Assembly: GCA_030704615.1 (NCBI GenBank)
Contig: CM060733.1
Location: 47,120,001 to 47,184,000, forward strand
From: Takakia lepidozioides
Lineage: Eukaryota > Plantae > Bryophyta
DNA length: 64,000 nucleotides
Direction: 5' to 3'
Below, one piece after another: positions 62,401 through 64,000 of the stretch; position 1 is the stretch's first letter, and each line of letters starts with the position of its first letter. The translations under genes and the position numbers were made by a program. The notes below the pieces were generated by a model. The model did no database searches and was not told the origin of the DNA. It saw only the letters and a list, made by a program, of their open reading frames with translations.

Positions 62401-64000
62401 AGGGGCTTTTTCAAGCTAAATCCCATCATGTTGCAGGACCCCCAGCTCATCATTCAGACCCTTCAGAATGCCTGGGAATCAGCGTCCACTCAGCTAGCCT
62501 TGCCCACTGCCAGATTCTTGGCGAAGATGGAAATGTTAAGAGACCTTTGTAAAGTCATGTCAAGGGAGAAGGCAGATGACAATACTAGAAGACAAAAGGC
62601 TCTGACTAAGTGCTTGCAAGTCTGCCAGTTTAAGCTGCAGTCGGGTCTGGAGGGAGCGCATACCATAACTGCATACAAGGATGCCTGCAAGAGAAATCTC
62701 TCCACGCTGTTACATGCCAAGGAGCAATTCTCTAGAGTCAATTGGAGCCTTAAAGGGGGAAAGATGAATAGATATTTCTTTGTCAAGGCTGCGCAGCGGA
62801 AAGCTGCCACAATGGTCCTAGCTTTGCGAGATGCAGATGGACATTTGGTAGATAAGCCAAGAATCATGGTAGAAGTGGCATCCTCATATTTTCAAGCTCT
62901 GTTTCAAATGCAAGATGCTTCGCAACAGAAACAAGAGGCAACAGCGGCCCTGCTGCACCACATCCCCTGCTCGATCTCTCAACTGGACAAATCAAACCTG
63001 GCGGCCCCCCTGTCTGTGTATGAATTGGGGCAGGCAGTCATCTCTTTGGCATCACAAAAATTTTCAGGACTGGATGGTCTCCCAATTGAACTTTTTAAAG
63101 CACTATGGCATACAATTGGGGTGGACTTCCTCCTTATGGCAAATGATATTATGGACAAACAAATAATGCCCTCGCAGATGGCGGAAGGTCTCATTACTCT
63201 TGTCTTCAAGAAAGGAGATAGAGATGATATGGCCAACTACCGGCCAATCACTTTGCTAAACTCAACTTACAAGATTATCGCAAAGACCCTGGCCTTGAGG
63301 TTGCAGGCCCTGTTGCCGAAAATTATTAGGAAGGAGCAGACTAGCTTTCTCAAAGATCGCATGATCTTAGACAACATCTTGCTGCCCCACGTGGCCCTTT
63401 GACTCCATTGATTGGACCTTTCTGGAAGGGGCTATGGAGAAATCAGGGTTGGGGGGGCCTTTCCTGACATGGGTCCACATCCTCTTGCATGCAGCATCCA
63501 GCAAGGTCATGGTTAATGGGGTTATATCGAAGCCCTTCCGCATTTCCAGATCGGTGCGGCAGGGTTGCCCCCTGGCACCCTTCCTCTTCATCATAGCGGC
63601 GGACTCATTGGGACACATGTTGCACTACAGGCAAGACATCATTTGCCTTCACTTGCCTACACTGACCTCGGAGATGCTGAAACTCTCAATGTATGCAGAT
63701 GACACTATTCTATTGCTGGACAACTCCACAAAGGCCAACATTGACAGGGCACTCCAAATTCTCCACACCTTCTGCTTGGCTACTGGGCTCAAGGTCAATT
63801 GGAAAAAATCCATGGGCATTTTGTCCAAGCTACATAATGAAGCAACGACATCCCACTGTCAGCCATGGGGGGCAGATATAGGACTTGGATGGCTGCAAGA
63901 GGGCCGAATGCACAAGCTGCTAGGGCATCAAATAGGGCTGAACATGTCAAATCATGACCGCTTTAAGGAGGTGCTTGCAAGACTCAAGAAAAACCTGGCG
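59494..64000 (+). mobile_element. Degenerate L1-clade LINE (ORF1 + ORF2), truncated by window end
   Basis: ORF1 with zinc knuckle CYHCNAEGHIKADC. ORF2 from ATG 61625: APE endonuclease SWNVRGL, NIYAPN, GGDFN, ARLDRFY; RT YRPITLLNSTYKIIAK, SVRQGCPLAPFLF, MYADD. In-frame stops and frameshifts. Confidence 0.9.

Overview
Eukaryotic nuclear DNA from a land plant. Spliceosomal GT-AG introns, a plastid pyruvate dehydrogenase E2 gene and PPR genes are visible; a seed-free or bryophyte-grade lineage is an inference only. The first ~37 kb is a transposon-rich block: nested LTR-like repeats, PLS-PPR pseudogene fragments, a 12.3-kb Mutator-like element, a decayed pogo element inside a ~1.1-kb foldback, a decayed Sola2-like transposase and modular repeats. 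From 38 to 57 kb are host genes: LTA2-like E2 (-), a long multi-exon P-type PPR gene (-) with an intronic LINE relic, and a CMC1-like twin-Cx9C gene (+). A decayed L1 LINE runs off the window end. The standout is the element at ~6065-18409. It is bounded by an 8-10-bp target-site duplication but lacks long TIRs. It carries an apparently intact GCM-like/DDE/SWIM Mutator-type transposase (-) and a divergent 9-exon gene (+) for a ~1086-aa protein with a ParB/Srx-like domain and a C-terminal beta-class amino (N4C/N6A) DNA-methyltransferase-like domain. The predicted first intron of that gene holds 21 tandem 115/116-bp units, each with a conserved ~18-bp-stem GCAA-tetraloop hairpin and a ~25-nt variable segment. 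All family assignments come from motifs read by eye; no database search was run.
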